Assembly: GCA_001949185.1 (NCBI GenBank)
Contig: BDGG01000009.1
Coordinates: 1,725,624-1,789,623, forward strand
Length of the DNA stretch: 64,000 bases
Direction: 5' to 3'
Source: Ramazzottius varieornatus
Taxonomy: Eukaryota; Animalia; Tardigrada
The notes below the pieces were generated by a model, which was given only the letters and a program-made list of their open reading frames with translations, did no database searches and had not been told where the DNA came from. Shown in pieces: positions 25,450 to 39,000 of the stretch. Position 1 is the first letter of the stretch. Each line of letters opens with the position of its first letter. Position numbers and translations under genes: made by a program.

Positions 25450-27300
25450 TACAACATGATCTTCGCCGCTATCGTCTGCTGTTTGCTGCTGATCTACTTC
25501 GCGACTTCCGTCTGTCTCCTCGACCTCTCCCAAGCTTCTCACAGCTCTTCCCTGCGCCCTGCTCAACCATTAACGAGAACATCGCATGCCATAAAGTGTC
25601 TCCTCGAAATGTTCCGATGGTCAACAGAGCAATCACTTACTTCAACATCCGACTACACCAGATTCTGCTCGAGTTTGGTGGCAGAATAGTTCTTACCCAC
25701 GCTTTTTTTCCAGGCAGGCAACAAAGACGGTCTCCACATGGACTACCGGTCACCTTTTCTAACTACTATTCCTCGTTCGATGATTCGAAAAGACTTAGGT
25801 ATGACTATTCGTAACATTGCAGTTCGTCGATGAGAACTGCGTCCCTTTTTTGAAATGGGTGGACTTCGGAATCTTGCAGACTGTAGTAAAGGAGCAACTG
25901 AAGGAACATCGCAAAGGGTTCCGTTCGCATTTCACCTGAACGAGAGCCACATCGGTCCTGATATGTGGAAAATACAGAAGGTGAATATTGCTGCCCAAAC
26001 CAAGCACACCGCGAACCTTCTAGTCCAGTGGGGGGGGAGGGACAGTTCGAAAAAGAAAGGATGGACGTTCTTGTATCGTGCTGCCTGTTCTTCAACAATA
26101 TCTTTGATCGTCTAAATTCACGCGCAGGCGATCTGTTCCCAGAACGACGGCTCGTTAATACAGAAAATCGCGAGGCCGTTGTCAGTGATCTTCTTCGCTT
26201 CAAGGCGCGTTTCGTAGCACCCCAGAAAGAATTCCCTGAAATGGTAGATAAGATCAAGTTCCGGCTGGCAGACGTAACGATCAGACACTGGATAACAACG
26301 ATGGGCATTTCTATTGGCTTCACTGAGTCCCTTCTCGGCAAACACGGATACAAATTCGTTCAGATGCGACGCATCAACTCGGACTTTCGAGGTAAATTAC
26401 TACAACTATTAACTGTGCCGTAAGTGCATGAACAGAATGTCTGTAGAGGTTTATCGGACGAGTGCGCGTTTTGTCGAATGCTGCAAGGAAAATCGGGCCT
26501 ACTGTGGATGACGTGAAATCCGCTGTCACGCCTCTGAGTATGGGCAGCCTTTTCACGATCTTCCAATGTTCCCAACTTCTGTCTGCAGCAGAATGAAGCA
26601 AGGTTGTGGGAGATACTTGGGAATTTGGAATTTCAGGACCTGATGGTTTTTGAGAAATTCGTCAGTTAGAAAAGTAGTAACCAGTTTGGCGAGTTAGAAG
26701 AGTTGGGGTTTACTCCTCGTACCGGAACTGTACATGTTCGACGACTCGGCGCTGTACTATCTCTGCGGATACTTGATTCGTAGAAGGAAGCTGCGCGAAT
26801 AGCTCTGCCGACCTTGCCTTTCAAAGTTTCTTTGCGAGGTGATTTTTATCCAGACGTATGTAATATATCATCGCAACGAATTAAACGTCTACTTGCAGAA
26901 AAATTCCTGCGGGGTTGAGCTTCGAACAATCTCAAAGTGGGTTGAGCGGCTACACCGAGGCGGATTGCTCTTTGAAACATTATGTTTCACTCATTCGAGA
27001 TCTCGAAAATATCTTCTGGTCGTATGTCAGGACAGTCTCTCGCGACTTTCAGCGCGATCGCTTCAAAAAACGTCCTGAAAACCTGGAAAGAAGAGAATCT
27101 TGGCTCCGTAGATTCTTCTTGCAGTATTTCCAACGTGATCTTTGATTTTGCCCCGTTTTTCTTCAAATGTCGCTCTTACTTTTGCTCGAAACGCCGTACT
27201 CAAGTGGAGAATCTTCCGAAACCAAAAGCTGACAAGGTCACAAAACCTAGAAAGCCAAAGACAGAATTCACTTGTGAATACCTCCAGCCGCGCAGCTGAC
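25450..27300 (+). pseudogene. Decayed P-element/THAP9-like transposase, relic 1
   Basis: Collinear motifs across frameshifts: HLNESHIGPDMWKIQKVNIAAQT, LFFNNIFDRLNS, GYKFVQMRRINSDF-intron-RFIGRVR, SALYYLCGYLIRR, LHRGGLLF, FFKCRSYF. Confidence 0.68.
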
Positions 27301-27669
27301 CCATTCTTTTCTGTGTTATTCTTCCCCTGTTACTTTGTTCGTGTTTTACAACTTTTTTTCAGTAAACTGTGACGTCATCCAATCCGATGGGCGTGTCTAT
27401 GTCTTCGGGCTCTCGTCCAATCGGCGTTGGGACCGTTATTTAACGTTTTCGTTATTAATTTTGTATTAACCTTGACCACTATTATGAACCCACTCTGACA
27501 TTGCATTCCTCAGTTCCTCTTGCCTGACCTGGAGCCTCCGTTCTTTGAGAGCTGGGAGTTTGTTGTGACACTCAGTGGCACTGAGGTGGTTTGGGTGAAT
27601 GTGTATCAGATGCGTACTCAACTGGCCGTGGCTTGCACGTTTTGGACAAGTGTCAAGTGATCTGGAACT

Positions 27670-30600
27670 ATGCGCGTCGCTCGCGCCTTCCATCGCGTGC
27701 CACGTTTTACCTTGACATTTTGGTTCAAAGTGGGATGCTTGGTCACGGTAGTTTCTCTGCTGCTGATTATTCCCCTGTACGTCCTGCAGTCTGGACCAGC
27801 GAGCGGAGCTAGGGAAGACTATGAGGCGGAAAGACGAGTTGCGATAGCTGCAGCCTCCGTCGATGGTGTCAAGCATGAAGTCAATGAACACCAGGTAAGT
27901 AACACAACACCCACCAATTATGTTTAAAGAATTACTTCCCACTGTTTGGTTGCAGACCATATTCATCCTTTTCTGGTTAGTGTCGCACACCCTACTGACA
28001 TGTCTTGCTGACAGGTGGAATCGCCCGAAGGGAATGCCTACGATCACGGTAGGGAGCGGGACAGAGAGCAGCTGCACCAGCTGGAACTTCCTCAGCCGGA
28101 AGTGGACCAACTTCCGGAAGCCGTCATTAACAGTGCTCTGACGGAAGAGACACAGGCCAAAGATGCTTACGGTGGCAAGGGCGAAGAAGTCCAGAAGAGA
28201 AGAAACCTGCGGCCTCCGCGGAAGCCTGTAGAGCGACCAGAAAAAGAGCCCAACGAAACAGGAGATGGGCTGAAGTTGAAAGAGAGGCTGGCCGTCGTTC
28301 GTTCTCCACCAAAACCTGCTGCACCGCACTGGGCAAAGACGGCCGATACCCAAGTGGAAGCAGAAGACAGTGGGGAGATTGGCAAGCCCAAGGTACACGG
28401 CAAGTATGCCTCTATAAAAGTTCCGCTCTTCACCGAGGAGGAAGAGGGGAACTTTGAGGAGAAGCAGGAGAGACGACAAGGGCCGGGAGAGGAGGGTGTG
28501 GCCGTCAACTTGTCCAAAGAGGAGGCCAGGAAAGCGCAAAGAGGCAACCGCGAATATGGCTTCAACCAAATAGCCAGTGACATGATTTCTTTGGATCGTG
28601 CCATTCCTGACACTCGACCTCCAGAGTAAGTAGAGGTACAAAAGGCCACTGGTCGACTTCTGCTTGGACATTTAACCTCTGCCTTTCTTCTCTGTACTAT
28701 ACATCTTCTTTTGTCTTGTAGATGTAAGCACTGGCAGTATCCCACTAAGCTTCCGAAGGTTTCGGTGGTCATTGCGTTCCACAATGAAATGTGGTCGACT
28801 CTGCTACGGACGGTGCACAGCGTTATAAACAGGACTCCCGCTTACTTGCTGGTATGTCTATTCTTCCACTTTCCTTGCCTTCGTCTCTTGATGGCTTTTC
28901 TTATAGGAAGAAGTACTATTGGTCGATGACTTTAGTGATAAGGGTACGCAGTAAGCCCAGACAGTGTTTTTTTGTCCTGTTGGTTGGAATATTGCGTGAT
29001 GTTATGAAGTCACCTGAGGAGTGTTGGGGGGTATTTGCAGAGCCTCTAAAACAAGCACTGGACGAGTACATTCTCAAGTTCGAGGGGAAAGTGGGCCTAG
29101 TGCGGAATGCGGAGCGTGAGGGACTAATTCGGACGAGATCTATAGGCGCCAAGAATGCCAAGGGTGAAGTCGTCTTCTTCCTGGATGCGCACTGCGAAGT
29201 GGGCTACAACTGGCTGCCTCCACTGCTAGCCCCTATTGTTCGAGACCGGTAGGTCTCCTCTTGTCACGAATATAGAATATGTGCTGTGGGCAAAGTTCCT
29301 CAAAAGTCTGGGTCATTGCGTAGAGGCACAGCTGATGAACTTTGAGAAGGGCAAGGGAAGGTTTCGGGGTTTTCTTGAAAATTCTCGGTCCCCACATGGC
29401 AAGCCCCGACCCCTACACTTGGGCTACCCTGCCCCCGCCTGAATTTCCTCGACTATGCCTCTACGCCGTGACCCCAGACTTCTGAGGAACTTTGCCCAGA
29501 GTCCATATAAAGAAAAGATGATAGGCTAGCTTGAAGTGTGGCAATCGACGTAGGACCATCATGACGGTGCCGGTCATCGACGGCATAGACTCGGAAACAT
29601 TCGCTATCCAGCCGCAGTATCAGGGAAAGCTCTTTCGAGGTATCTTCGAATGGGGACTGCTGTACAAGGAGACTGAGTTGCCAGAGAAGGAAAAGACACG
29701 TCGCAAACACGAAACGGAACCATACAAGTAAGTAGGTGGAGCTTGACTTCGGAAGTACGGCTCTTTTCAGCGGTTCGATGCTTTTTCCATCAGTGCTCTT
29801 CATTAAATGGCCATTAATTTTCTCTATGTCATGTACATCGACATGCTCTTAGGTCGCCGACGCATGCAGGTGGGCTCTTCGCCATCAACCGCCAGTACTT
29901 CCTGCAGTTGGGTGGATACGACGAAGGACTTGAGATTTGGGGAGGCGAACAGTACGAGCTGTCCTTCAAGATCTGGCAGTGCGGAGGAAGTATTGAGGTG
30001 AGTTTGTTCCATCTGTTGAGGGCAAGTTGCCATATAGGCTTATTGTCAAGTAAGTTGTGGAATGTAAGTGGACTTCGTCTTTTCAGTGGGTGCCTTGTTC
30101 TCATATTGGTCACATTTACCGCGGCTTCATGCCCTATGGATTGGGCAAACTGGCTAACAAGGGTCCGGTCGTTTCCATCAACTTGAAACGCGTGGCGGAA
30201 GTGTGGATGGACGAGTACAAAGAGTACTACTACATTCGGGTCAGAAGTTTCTTTCATAGCTGCTCTGCCTGCTTCTACGGCAGAACTGCATGACAGCAAA
30301 TTCAGCACTGCAAAAATCATTTTCAGGAGCCGCTGGTTCGCCACTTGGAGGCTGGCGACCTGTCCAAGCAGAAAGCTCTACGCGCAGACCTCAACTGTAA
30401 AAGCTTCAAATGGTACATGGAGAACGTAAGTGTAGCGTCCTTGTTGAAACAATGCTGATCATGTTCTATGCCTCTATACCTCCCAAACCGATCATATGGC
30501 CTGTGCTATACTGTAGGTTGCCTACGACGTGGTAGAGCAGTATCCCTTGCTACCTGCTAACGAATTGTGGGGAGAGGTAAGCCCTCTTTGTCTTTTGGCC

Positions 30601-31104
30601 CATCTTTGTGCCACAATTTGAAGGTCCTTGTCACGCAGCGGATAGGCTAAGTTTAAGTGTCTTTCTGTCCTATGTAGCTGAGGTCAGTGAGGGACACTTG
30701 GATGTGTTGGGACTCTCATGGCGATGCGCCATCGAAGGTGGATGTCTCGCCTTGCCATCACGCCGGCCACCACCAGCTACTACGGCTCAATACAGAGGGT
30801 CAGCTGGCCATCGGCGAACGCTGTGTCGACATCGACTCGCAGCGCCGACTGCAACGTAAGTTTTCCGCCCCATACCGACAAAAGAGCAAGATGAACATGA
30901 GCAAACGGTCAATTTCTAGTCATTTACTGCCCAATGGGTAGAGTCGATGGACCGTGGCAGTACGTCAAGAGCACTCAGCAGATGAAGCATGGTGACAAAG
31001 GCAAATGCGTGGAGCGTCAGCCGGAAGAGACGCTTTTCTTGAAAACCTGTGATAATCAAAGTGAGCGACAGAAATGGGAGTTCGCACCGGTGAAATCTCA
31101 TTAG
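27670..31104 (+). CDS. Polypeptide N-acetylgalactosaminyltransferase, GALNT7/pgant7-like, copy 1
   Basis: Type II TM anchor and long stem; [77 protein letters not shown]; C-terminal ricin lectin repeats. Confidence 0.95.
29288..29497. mobile_element. MITE with ~42-bp TIRs in a GALNT intron
   Basis: GGGCAAAGTTCCTCAAAAGTCTGGGTCATTGCGTAGAGGCA pairs with TGCCTCTACGCCGTGACCCCAGACTTCTGAGGAACTTTGCCC. Confidence 0.8.
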
Positions 31105-31990
31105 GCAGTATTCCAGCTGGTAATCGTTCTAACTGGTGATGGCATCTTCCGTGCGCTTCTAGCCTTTTTTTTATCTTTTTGTTGTTGTGACTTTCCGCTA
31201 TTTCCATGTCAAGATGATGACAGGACCAGGTCTGATAGATTCTATGTTTTACACGTGTCAGTCTATCTTTCGGTATTTGTTGATGATATATAGAGATGAT
31301 TGCGGTGCCTTTACAGCTTAGAAGGTCACTTTCAGATGATGGACTAGCATTAGGGAAACTAGCAGGAAACCTCATACTACGGTCGGCGCTTTGGCCTTGT
31401 GCACCGTTATGGTAACGAGGATCTCTGAGATTCTAAAGTCACCGATTCTATTCTTCCGGGCGGACTTGTCTGATGACTTTTACAGCTACCTGAGTTACAG
31501 GCTGGAAAATAAATAAAGTGGAAATCAAACGGTAGATGAAGACGAAGGTGACACTAACTTAGTCACTGAGTACTTTCCAAAAGAGAGCGCATGCTGTTTC
31601 CTACGTTTCCGAACAACGCCAGGAAAATTCTGCAGCATGGCACTGGCTCTTGCCATCTTCCACTCCATCCGGGACTATCGAAAGCAAAAAAAGACACCAA
31701 CGGGGAAGTAGTGCACTCAAGGAGCATTAAACCAGTCACATTCTGAAAGGCAATGGAATGCCATGGAAGCGCCGAAAAGGAGAAGCGGGTCATATCGCTC
31801 ACACGTAATCCACCAGTACAGTCAAAATGCCACGTCGTGTTTCTCCAAAAACAACGAAATAGCTTCTTTTCTCTTCAATTTCTTCAGCTGCTTTTCCGAG
31901 TACTGCTTCGGATAGCGTCTGCAAAAACAGAAGAAAAAGCATGCTGCTCAGGTGACTCAGGTCCAGATAAATTCAGTAGATACCAAAGAC

Positions 31991-32496
31991 TTACTGAACG
32001 ACCAGCCTTTTGAAGTTGGCCAGTTCATCACGGTGCAGTTTGATACACTGGTGGAAAACCTCGTCGGACTCTGCGCTTGTTAGAGCAGGAACGTACTTCT
32101 TTGCCAGCATCAGCTCAGCTTTTCTCGCATGAAATCCCTCACTAGGTTCGTTTGCGTCCAGCTGCAGCAACGTCTTGATCTCCTCCTTCTTATCCACCTT
32201 GTATGATGCAATACATCGGTTGAACTTGTGGCCGTTTTCATATAGTATGTCTCCAAGCAGCACAACGCTTGAGCATCAAGTCCTGGAAGTCGCACATTCT
32301 TAACGTACAACAATGGCGAACACAGAGGGCTATAGTGTGGACCAGCAGCCTCCAATCGTTCAAACGAGATATCCATCAGACCAACAATAACCTTTCGTGG
32401 TACTTGCTGGTCGGAAGAGGGCCAAAAACGCTTCAGCATCAGGCCAATGAAGACGGAATTGTTGATCGTGAGATTCTGCACTGATTCTCGAAGCAC
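31991..32496 (-). pseudogene. Unassigned frameshifted coding-like relic
   Basis: Two overlapping ORFs (32110-32496 and 31991-32263) read as one protein-like sequence across a frameshift near 32265. Family not recognised. Confidence 0.3.
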
Positions 32497-32613
32497 GAAG
32501 TACTTGTGGTTAGTTTAGGCGCCTTTCCTGTAGTACCCGCTTTTATCTGCTTGGAGTCATCGAGTACTAGGAACGGCGAACGCTGCCGACCCAGATCAGA
32601 CTACTTCAGTAGT

Positions 32614-34025
32614 TTTTTTTGTTTTTTTTTGTGTAAAAATCTTTATTTGAAGACAATAATCTATACTCAAAAAATGAGGAAGCAGCGATACAAAATTAAC
32701 GAAAACGCTACACGGATTTTCCCTTTTTGACATCTAAAACATAAAAAACTTCATCAAGACCCTTCGTATCTTTAACAGTAGTCAGAACAGAATAACTATT
32801 ACCACGTTGGATATCTATGGACACTCGCTGCTTAAAAAACTGAAATGACCTCGGCTCGCCCGTTACTTCCGCCATCTTTCTTCCTACAGCTTCGAAGAGC
32901 GCTGTCACGGAAGGACCCCAAAGTCCAAGGGTCTCCAGTCCGACAGGGCAGAACTCAAATTGGCTTCCGATGTCCTCGTACTTCGTGATCTTTCTCTTCT
33001 CGGCGGCGTCAGCAGCTGATCCAGCTTTCGCCGTTGACAGTGCAAAGTTTGTCAAAGCCTGTGTATCCACAACTGTGACGTCCCATACAAGCTCCTTACC
33101 ATTCTTCCAAGGGACTTACGTCATCCCATCTGGCCGTCTTTTGTCCTTTCTGAAGATCCCGGGTGGTTCGAGAACTGCAGGAATTTGGGCTGTTGTCAAC
33201 GCGCGTTTCAGGGACTCGTTGAGCGCACTGTGACGACTGTGACGCCCCCCACTGAACTTACAGCTCAACCCGTGTTGGCCCAACTCATCCACGCTGGCGC
33301 CACATCGACACACGTGAGGACGGCATGGCTTGGGACCAAGACGCAACCCAATACTAATCCGTAGGGCGTTGTTGTCGAGCAGGTTTCCCAACGAGGATGA
33401 CGGCAGCGCATGAAGTCAGGAGCCTGAGTTCTTATCTGAAATCGCAAGAAGTTACGCTTTATCATTATCCGCAGCAGTACTTACTAGCTGCTCGTGTATT
33501 TCTTTTAGCAAAGGCATGTCCCAGGCTTTCTGCTGGCGGCGCAGCTCGGGAACAGGAGGCTCAGCTGTGGAGAGGAGGCTCCATTTGGAGAGAGCGAGGT
33601 TTGCTTCACCATGCAAGTCGGCTTCAGGCAGGATACTCAGCACCAGTTGTTGTACAGAATGAAGCGAAGCCAAGACGACAGCGAGTGCGACTTCTTCCGT
33701 ACGACGGATACCTAATCCACCCAAACCGACAGGCAGTGTTGCTTGTCGCTATGGACCGGAACTCATCCCAGTGTTGGTAATCTCCGACAGGCTCGACCGA
33801 ACCACTTCGTCGAACTCGCGGAGCAATGCAGGGACCTTCCATACTGGAGAGCACCGGAGAATGCACAGCAACTTGGGCAGGCAAAGGCAGTTCTTGAGCA
33901 GGAAAAAGGCCTGGTGGGCAAACAAGAGATTCAGGTTTGCGTTTACCAACAGGATCTTACTTGTTTTAGCTTGGACGGCTTCCTCCAGGCCCTCTTCCAT
34001 CAGTGGTGCTCCTAGAAGGTTGAGG
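32614..34025 (-). mobile_element. 5'-truncated CRE-like non-LTR retrotransposon (restriction-like endonuclease class)
   Basis: LLGAPL, GGLGIR, Zn knuckle CRCGASVDELGQHGLSC, RHSRHSALNE, RPDG, LVWDVTVVD, AEKRKITKYE, PVGLETLGLWG. AATAAA and poly(A) tail. 8-bp TSD TCAGTAGT at 32606-32613 and 34026-34033. Contains stops and frameshifts. Confidence 0.88.
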
Positions 34026-35358
34026 TCAGTAGTGATGTCGTGAGATGTCTCACTGTGCAAACTGGGGTCAATTTCGTCCGGTAAAGTGGTGATGGAAATG
34101 TCGAATCGGTCCTGGACTGCATTCAAAGTTGCCGAGTCACGATCGTCACTGATGAAAGTGATGGCAAGACCCTTGGCGCCAAAGCGACCTGCACGAGCTA
34201 TGCGATGCAAGTAAGTGTCCGAGTCTTTGGGACAGTCATTGTTGATGACCACACTCAATGTCCATTCCTACAAGAAGGTTTACGTACAGCAAGACAACCG
34301 ACAGCAGACTGAGACATCAAAGTACAAAGTAGCCTTACCGCGGCCAAAGAGATCCGTAGCTATCAGAATGCGTTTTTCGAAATTCTTAAACTGATGACAG
34401 CGCGCCAGACGTTCAACTTGATCCATGGCGCTGTTAATTTCAATGGTGGGGAAGTTCTGTCCCAGCAGTTCTTCGTTGAGCTTTCCACATCGAACCACCG
34501 TATTTACAAAGACGATCCTGCAAATGGGAGAATTAGGCAGCAGGACTAACTACCCCATGTGCTTCACCCCACCACCGTCGCTAACCGACGATCGACAAAT
34601 GGTGACTTTAGACTTACACTTGATTGAACTGCAATATACCAAGGAGGTTGTTCAGCTCGATCAAATTGCGCCTTTCCTCCGTTATCTTGATGTAGTATTG
34701 ACGGAGCTTCTCCAGCGACAGACTAGTTTCGTTGTCGACAATGGTCTCGTGTGCGTGGTTCTTCTAAACATCCAATGAACATTTGCGCCAGCCATGTAAT
34801 ACGGACCATAATACGGCTCAAGGTAGAGAAGTGAGCAGAAAACTGAAAGATGGTCACTTACGTGGAGAAATCATCGGCAGATGGGAAGTACGTCCCTGGG
34901 CCGAGTGGCACTGACCAGGATGACTTGTCTACTGTGCGGGGTTGCCATAAAGGTTTCTTGGACATCGGCGCGCATTTCCGCAGGTGCCAGCATCTTGTCA
35001 CACTCATCGATGATAAAGACCTTTGTGGTGTAAACAGATTAGGAACTCGTAGGCTGATCAGGCAAAGGAAGTGATTGGAGGCCACAGACAGATCGAATTT
35101 GGTTTGAGAGAGGTCCAAGGCCTTTTCTCGAACCAAAGCCTTCATACGAACGGGAGTGCCGACGAAGATGTTGATCTTTCTGTCCTTGATCTTCTCGATG
35201 TAACTTGACACAAACGGTCCGAGAGAAAGACTTCACCCGGCCAAAGCAACTGGCTTCTTCTTTGACGTCTCAACAGTCAAATCTTTCATCTTCTTGTCAC
35301 CATCCTCCTCCTGGTCGTAGTCCAAAAGCTCAGCTTCTGTTTCACCTGAAGACATCAT
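34026..35358 (-). pseudogene. DDX39B: UAP56/DDX39 DECD-box helicase pseudogene (intron-containing duplicate)
   Basis: [68 protein letters not shown]. The Q motif/motif I region is missing, and there is an in-frame stop (ICR*FLH) and frameshifts. Confidence 0.85.
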
Positions 35359-36074
35359 CTTCTGATCTGAAGGGCGGACAACCAGAACTGGGAAGTCTAC
35401 TGCGTGCTTCAAAGAAAACTCCAAAACCCAGAGTTCCTGACATGAAACCAGAGCTCGGTGAAACGACAACAAAGCCACTCTGACAAAGCCTTTGTTGCCA
35501 GTCCTTTTTCCAGTTTCCACCGTGCGCAGCCACATCGATTTGATTTGCCCCAAAGGCCACGTGATGCACCGTGTTATCTTGGTGCGTGCTTTGCCGATAG
35601 TTGTGCAATGTAAAGCTCCGCCTTTCTCTGGAAGGAAATCGCAATTTCACGAGTATTTGTGGAATAATTATGTCCTTATACACAATTCACAGATTGCGAG
35701 CGAAAGTGCATTAGAGCAACTTGATACGCACAGGAACATCGTGACATCATAGGAACAAGACCGTCTCGTAGACTTTGTGTTAAAAGAGTCGCACAATGTT
35801 TACACATGACGTCACCATGTTTCTGTGCGTATTGAATTGTGCTAATGCGCTTTCGCTAGCATTCTCTATAATCTCCAGTCCAGTCTCCACTTTTCACTCT
35901 CCGACCAACACTGTATGTGTATCGCAAGTTCCTACCGTTGTTTTCTTTTGCTCCATGTTTATGATCTTTGGTCTTTAAGCACGCTCAAAAGTGACTCCAT
36001 GAGATAAGGCAGGAGGAGAGGGGTTTGTGCTGTGTTATTTCTTAGGATCATTCCTTTTGTGGCGTTGGAGCAGC

Positions 36075-39000
36075 ATGGGTGATACAGTGGTTTCTGACAC
36101 GTTAACCGCGGAGGAAGAAAAGGTAAGGTGTGCGATCTTGTAAACTGTAAAGCCGCCGACTATGATAATCGGGACACCGTTCTCCTTGAGAAGTAAGGTT
36201 TAACCTTGTCAGTTGTATTGTCTTTCAGGCTGTGGAAGAGTTCATACTGTTGGCAAATCAATGGAGGATAGGCGAAGAGGCAGCAGCTGATCGCTCTGAA
36301 TTCGTCATGAGACCTGTAGCCATCAAGTTTCTGATGGCCCGAAGATTCGATGTCAGCCGCGCTCTGGAACTATTCAAGCAGCATCAGGTAGTCAATCAAT
36401 ATGACTGCAAATACGTTCTTCGACTGGAACTATGCGCAAAGATGGCGTTGATATTCTTTCTGGTTGACGTAGATTGTGCGCCATACTCGAAATCTCAACA
36501 ACATCGATCCCTCGCTTGACCCTATCAAGTCCGAACTATGGAGTGGCAAGTTTACAATTCTGGTAAGTGCAGGTGCAGCAGATCGCTGAAGATTTCTTAA
36601 TTCTTTATGTTGTGATACTTTAATTTCTTCGATGGAATAATTTCCGAGGCTGAAAGAAAAGCAGTAAATTTGACAAGTCTTGGGCTTTGTTGGTTTTTTT
36701 TCTTAGTGCAGCCTTAGTGAACCTCCTGTAGCAATCAGCTATATGGAAATATTTACCTTACCAGTAGACAGAGTGCAGATTGGGCAGACGATCGATACTG
36801 TTACACTAACCCATATGTCGTCTACTCTTGATTATTTAACAGCTGCAGGCAGCAACTGAAGCACTTGTATGCCAAAGTGTATAGGTTTTGCCAGCAAAAG
36901 ATTGTCTTTGCTGTAGGAGAGGCGAGGGAGCGATGGAGCAGCCATTGCCCTCTTCAGCGGACGTCTGCACAAGCCTCAACAACACGAGTTCACCATGAAA
37001 GCTGTCCTCTTCCAACTGGACGTAGCTTTACAGGAGTAAGCATCTTCTCTCGCAACCTGACCTTCGCACTAGTCCAGCCTCCCTCTAATATTGATCAATC
37101 TTTTGTAGTTACAAAACGCAGCGCCTGGGACTGATATTCATCTACGACATGACGGACATGACGTGGGCAAACTCGGATCTAAGGCTGGCGCGCGAGCTGC
37201 TAGAAATCCTCAAGGTAGCCATCTTGACGCTGCCAACAGTCACCCCATTGCATTTTGCTCGATGAAAAGGCACTGGTTTTCTTGTAGGGTTCCTTTCCGG
37301 CGCGTCTTCGAAAAATCTTGATCGTCAACGCTCCGTCGTGGCTTAATTGGCCTTATCGTCTCTTCAAGCCCTTCTTGTCCACCAAGATGCTGGACAGAGT
37401 AATGTCATATCCACCACCAAAGTTTAGGCCATTTCTCTGACACAGTCTCTAACGGTGCTGTGACATGTTGGTAGTTGCACGTGGTCTCATCGAGCCAGTT
37501 GACGGAACACCTTGCTCTGAAGACATTGCCACAAGCGGAAAGTCAGCAGAAGGAGCACGAAGACTGGATGCGCCACTGTCTGCAGGTCTGTGCTGTCTCC
37601 CTCACCTCCACTCCGTCCGTCGAGTCAGGCCGGCTGCCAGTCCGCCGCAACCCAGCCCACCAGCAGGGCAGCGGCGACGATGGGCGACGCAATGGACAGA
37701 TCTTTGGCCGAGAGGTCAGTAGTGGTAGGCGCAGCGCAAGTTGCTGAGCAGCCATTGGTCCCCCTCCTGCTTCTTTCGAGCAAGCACTCTAGCCTTTAGT
37801 GTCTATCATGAGTCAATGTTCCTCATGGGCCAATGTTGCTTTGCAGGATGTGCTCAATGGCTATCCCGACGACATGAAACGGCCTGTCAGCATCCACCGG
37901 CAGAGCGACAAGGGCATGATCGTCAGCGACTTTGTCAAGTTGCTGCACATGATGGGCAGAGAGGGTATCCTACGGCAGTATGAGGACCTGCGCCTGGCCG
38001 CTAAGAACGTCCCCGACAGTCGCTTTTCTGCCTTCCGGTAAAGACTTGTCATTGACAATGACTATCGTCTTGTCGACTATCCTAATGGCAGCTTGATGTA
38101 TCTTTGTGACCTTGCAGAGAAAACAAGCTGAAGAATCGTTATGTCGATGTCTTTTGCTTTGACGACACTCGTGTCAAACTGAGGGATCGTCTTCCCTCCG
38201 AAGACTACATTCATGGCAACTATGTCGATGGATATGAGCAGCCCAAAGCCTACATTTCCACCCAAGGTGAGCCGTACAGTGACGTGGAAGGGCAATGCCA
38301 TCTTTTGTCCTTTGAGGGTGATGGAGAAATGTCTGTGCTGTGCAGGTCCGCTTCCCAAGACCTTTGAGGATTTCTGGAGCATGGTTTGGCAAGAGGAAAG
38401 TCGGCTGCTGGTCATGACAACGAGGACGGTGGAGCGGGGCAGAAGCAAGTGTGGCCAGTACTGGCCAGCTGAGCTCCAGGAGACGCTGACCTTTGACAGC
38501 TTCCAAGTCACCTGCAACCATATCCAGCAGCACGCTCATCATGTCCAGACCAGGCTGACAGTCAAACACAAAGATGTACCAAACATTACACTATCACTTC
38601 ACAATAGGTCCTTGACAGTACTGAACGCTTCGTCTGGTTATGCTTGCAGGAAAGCAGAGATATCGTACATTGCCAGTTCACTGACTGGCCCGATTACGGA
38701 GGTTGGTCTTGCCCACATTTCTCCCCACTAGTGCCAGTCGCTCCTCTTAACTTGTCTTTGCTCTGGTCAGTGCCGCATTCCGCCCAGTCCATGTTCGACT
38801 TCATCAATGTCATGAGGGAGTGTCAGCGATCTTCCTTGAAAAGCTTTAGTCCCCAATGGACTGGTCATGCAAATGGCCCTCCCATTATAATACACTGTAG
38901 CGCCGGCATTGGCCGATCAGGTACGGCGTTTGCTCTCATAGTGTCCAAAGTGCGACTTCTGGACTTTGCTGCCATGTTTTGTTTAGGGACTTTGATGGCT

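Noticed and set aside
27466-28671. 401-aa minus-strand ORF
   Set aside because: Antisense shadow of GALNT coding exons; no recognisable motifs.
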